From the NCBI GenBank assembly GCA_047967505.1, contig CM106538.1: a DNA stretch of 64,000 bases; one strand, 5' to 3'. Origin of the DNA: Dipteris shenzhenensis (lineage: Eukaryota). The notes beneath the pieces are model-generated. The model did not search any database, was not told the DNA's origin, and saw only the letters and a program-made list of their open reading frames with translations. The translations under genes and the position numbers were made by a program. Below, one piece after another: positions 61,948-64,000 of this stretch (position 1 is its first letter; each line of letters begins with the position of its first letter).

Positions 61948-62200
61948 GATGTTGGAAGAGGTACAAATAAGATGAAAGTATTTATACTCTTGCCTACTAA
62001 TGCTGCTAGCATTAGTAGGCAAGAGTACTTAGTTGTGTATAATGTTTTGTAAATGCATTTTGAGGTCAAGGTGTAAAGAATCCTTTGCTGTAGAGACTAA
62101 TATATGTTAGAAATGCAAGGGAAAAAAATATATATTGTCCAATATCTATGGGGTTGATTTATACACATTTTAAAATGCATGATATTGGAAGGCACAAATA
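61770..62200. repeat. ~235-bp tandem duplication with a 20-bp-arm hairpin at the junction (61985-62027)
   Basis: CTAGCATTAGTAGGCAAGAGTACTTAGTTGTG... at 61771 and 62006; TACTCTTGCCTACTAATGCT-gct-AGCATTAGTAGGCAAGAGTA. Confidence 0.9.
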
Positions 62201-62594
62201 AGACAAAAGGATGAGAGAGCAAAAAAGGAAGGTGCACAAGGTACCGAGGCAAAGCAAGGACCAAGCACCTTTGAGTACATGAAACATAACTTTGCATGTA
62301 TGCAAGGTCCAAGCAACAATGGTAGAGTTTTATAGCATGAAAGCAAAAACTGTCTGTAGACTTCATAGCATGGGATTGCATCAACACTTATGACATTCAA
62401 AATGGTTCTTCTTATTAAAAGTGTTATCAACCATGAAAGAAAATGTTTAAAAATAGTTCACCCGTATGTTAAAAAACCCAAGTGTCATTTATGACATTCA
62501 AAATTGTTCTTGCAACCATCCTGTAGTTCCTAGAGATTTTGCCCATACTTCCATCCCCTTCCCTTCAACCACTAAGAGGTATCTAATAGTTTTA

Positions 62595-62950
62595 TAGAAC
62601 ACTTGAGATATCATCACCTCCTAATACAAAACCATTATTACTATTTGTAGAACACTTGAGATATCATCACCTCTTAATACAAGACCATTCTTACTATTTG
62701 TAGAACACTTGAGATATCATCACTCCTTCCCTTCAGCCACTAAGAGGTACGTAATACTTTTGTAGAACACTTGAACCATTCTTACTATTTGTAGAACACT
62801 TGAGATATCATCACCTTTTAACACAAAACCATTCTTACCGTTTGTATAACACTTGAGATATCATCACCTCTTAATATAAGACCATTCTTAGTATTTGTAG
62901 ATCACTTTAGATATCATCGCCTCTTAATACAAGACCATTCTTACTATTTG
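62595..62950. repeat. 53-bp minisatellite (~6-7 units, two rearranged)
   Basis: Consensus TAGAACACTTGAGATATCATCACCTCTTAATACAAGACCATTCTTACTATTTG. Confidence 0.93.
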
Positions 62951-63017
62951 AGAGATTAATGGATTAAAGGTTTGAAGCTCATAGGAGACGAAGGAAGAGA
63001 AAGTCGGTTTCGACATG

Positions 63018-63167
63018 AGGACAATAAAACTAATTGGAATATTTTGACTTATGTATTATACCTTTTTGAAGACTATGAATTTTAGTCAGTTTCAACATTA
63101 GGATGATAAAACTAATTAGAATATTTTGACTTATGTATTATATATTTTTGAAGACTATGAATTTTAA
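63018..63167. repeat. ~82-bp tandem duplication
   Basis: ATAAAACTAATT(G/A)GAATATTTTGACTTATGTATTATA..TTTTTGAAGACTATGAATTTTA x2. Confidence 0.9.
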
Positions 63168-64000
63168 TGAGGAGAGGCATGCACACTACTTAGTAAATAC
63201 ACTAGTACTACTACTAGCCTACGGCTATTAAGCCTAGTAGCACCAGTGTGATTTTGAGCCTTGTATCACCCTTTTAATAATTTTCTTTCATCGTTAGTGC
63301 AATAGAAATTATTCCTTCTATCAGAAGAATCTTGCCAAATTTATTCAAAGTGATGATTTTGTAGTCTACAGCCACTATCCTCTGACTCTCAAAAATATAT
63401 TAAATGTGAGCACCCATTTATCTTGTTTGATCAACCCTAGACTATGCTACGATAGGACGTTACTAGAACAAAAAAAATATGAATTGATATGGCAATGTTC
63501 GGTGTGAAATAACCAAATTAAGGATTTAATAAGAAAGAAAACAATCAGAATCAATAGGCTATTCAATGGCTCAAATCTGCACATAAATTATAATGTGCCT
63601 CCCAACTCTTATGCATTCTAGCTCCTCATGTTTGATAAGAATGCAAACAATAATGAAATCACATTATCTTTAGTTTCAAAGTAAGCAAAGCACCAAAAAT
63701 AAATGCAAACGTATTGGATGAGGAATAAATAGGTATAGATATAGATAGACCTATATATATGCATTCATAGATATAATGATGATTAAAGTTGGACGGTCAT
63801 AATAATATTATGTGTACTATCATTGGGATTAGGACTACTATTGGTAATATTGTATTTAGTAGTAGGAGAATTACCATTAAGGAACACTCAAATAAAATTA
63901 CTAATGGTGGTGATAAAACTACCACTAGTAGTTTGGTAATTACCCCTAACATCTACAACAAATATTTGATGGGTAGCTAGTATTAGGTCAAAAGGCCCCA

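Noticed and set aside
62595-62950. CRISPR-like array
   Set aside because: Units are head-to-tail with no unique spacers, there are no cas genes and the context is eukaryotic; it is a minisatellite.
63184-63245. CACTA terminal inverted repeat
   Set aside because: CACTA occurs in a low-complexity ACT-rich patch, and I found no partner terminus or 3-bp TSD.

Overview
This is repeat-dense land-plant nuclear DNA. The plant-type RPS9 fragment, LSU rDNA and iMet-primed copia elements support that; a fern or other non-seed plant is my inference, not proven. I found no intact host gene. The window is a nest of decayed retroelements: at least six Ty1/copia pieces, two RTE/RTEX-like LINE copies, an L1 ORF1 and two gypsy protease remnants. 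It also holds DNA-transposon-like fragments (SWIM, CACTA DUF4216-like), a 1.45-kb decayed LSU rDNA piece, a G-rich satellite and microsatellites. The only long intact ORF is a copia INT-RT-RNaseH at 37274-40117 (-). Four things stand out. (1) An LTR/PBS-headed segment (39970-42668) carries captured host-gene fragments (potato inhibitor I, RPS9, possibly Argonaute) plus a G-box/I-box array and is fused to the intact pol. (2) One copia 5' LTR appears split, with its halves about 42 kb apart in permuted order and the matching GGTAG target duplication on the displaced half. (3) A 4.66-kb inverted duplication has an inner breakpoint next to that LTR break. (4) Two near-perfect palindromes share a motif at 28964-29168. 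All protein assignments were made by eye without database searches, and boundaries of decayed elements are approximate.
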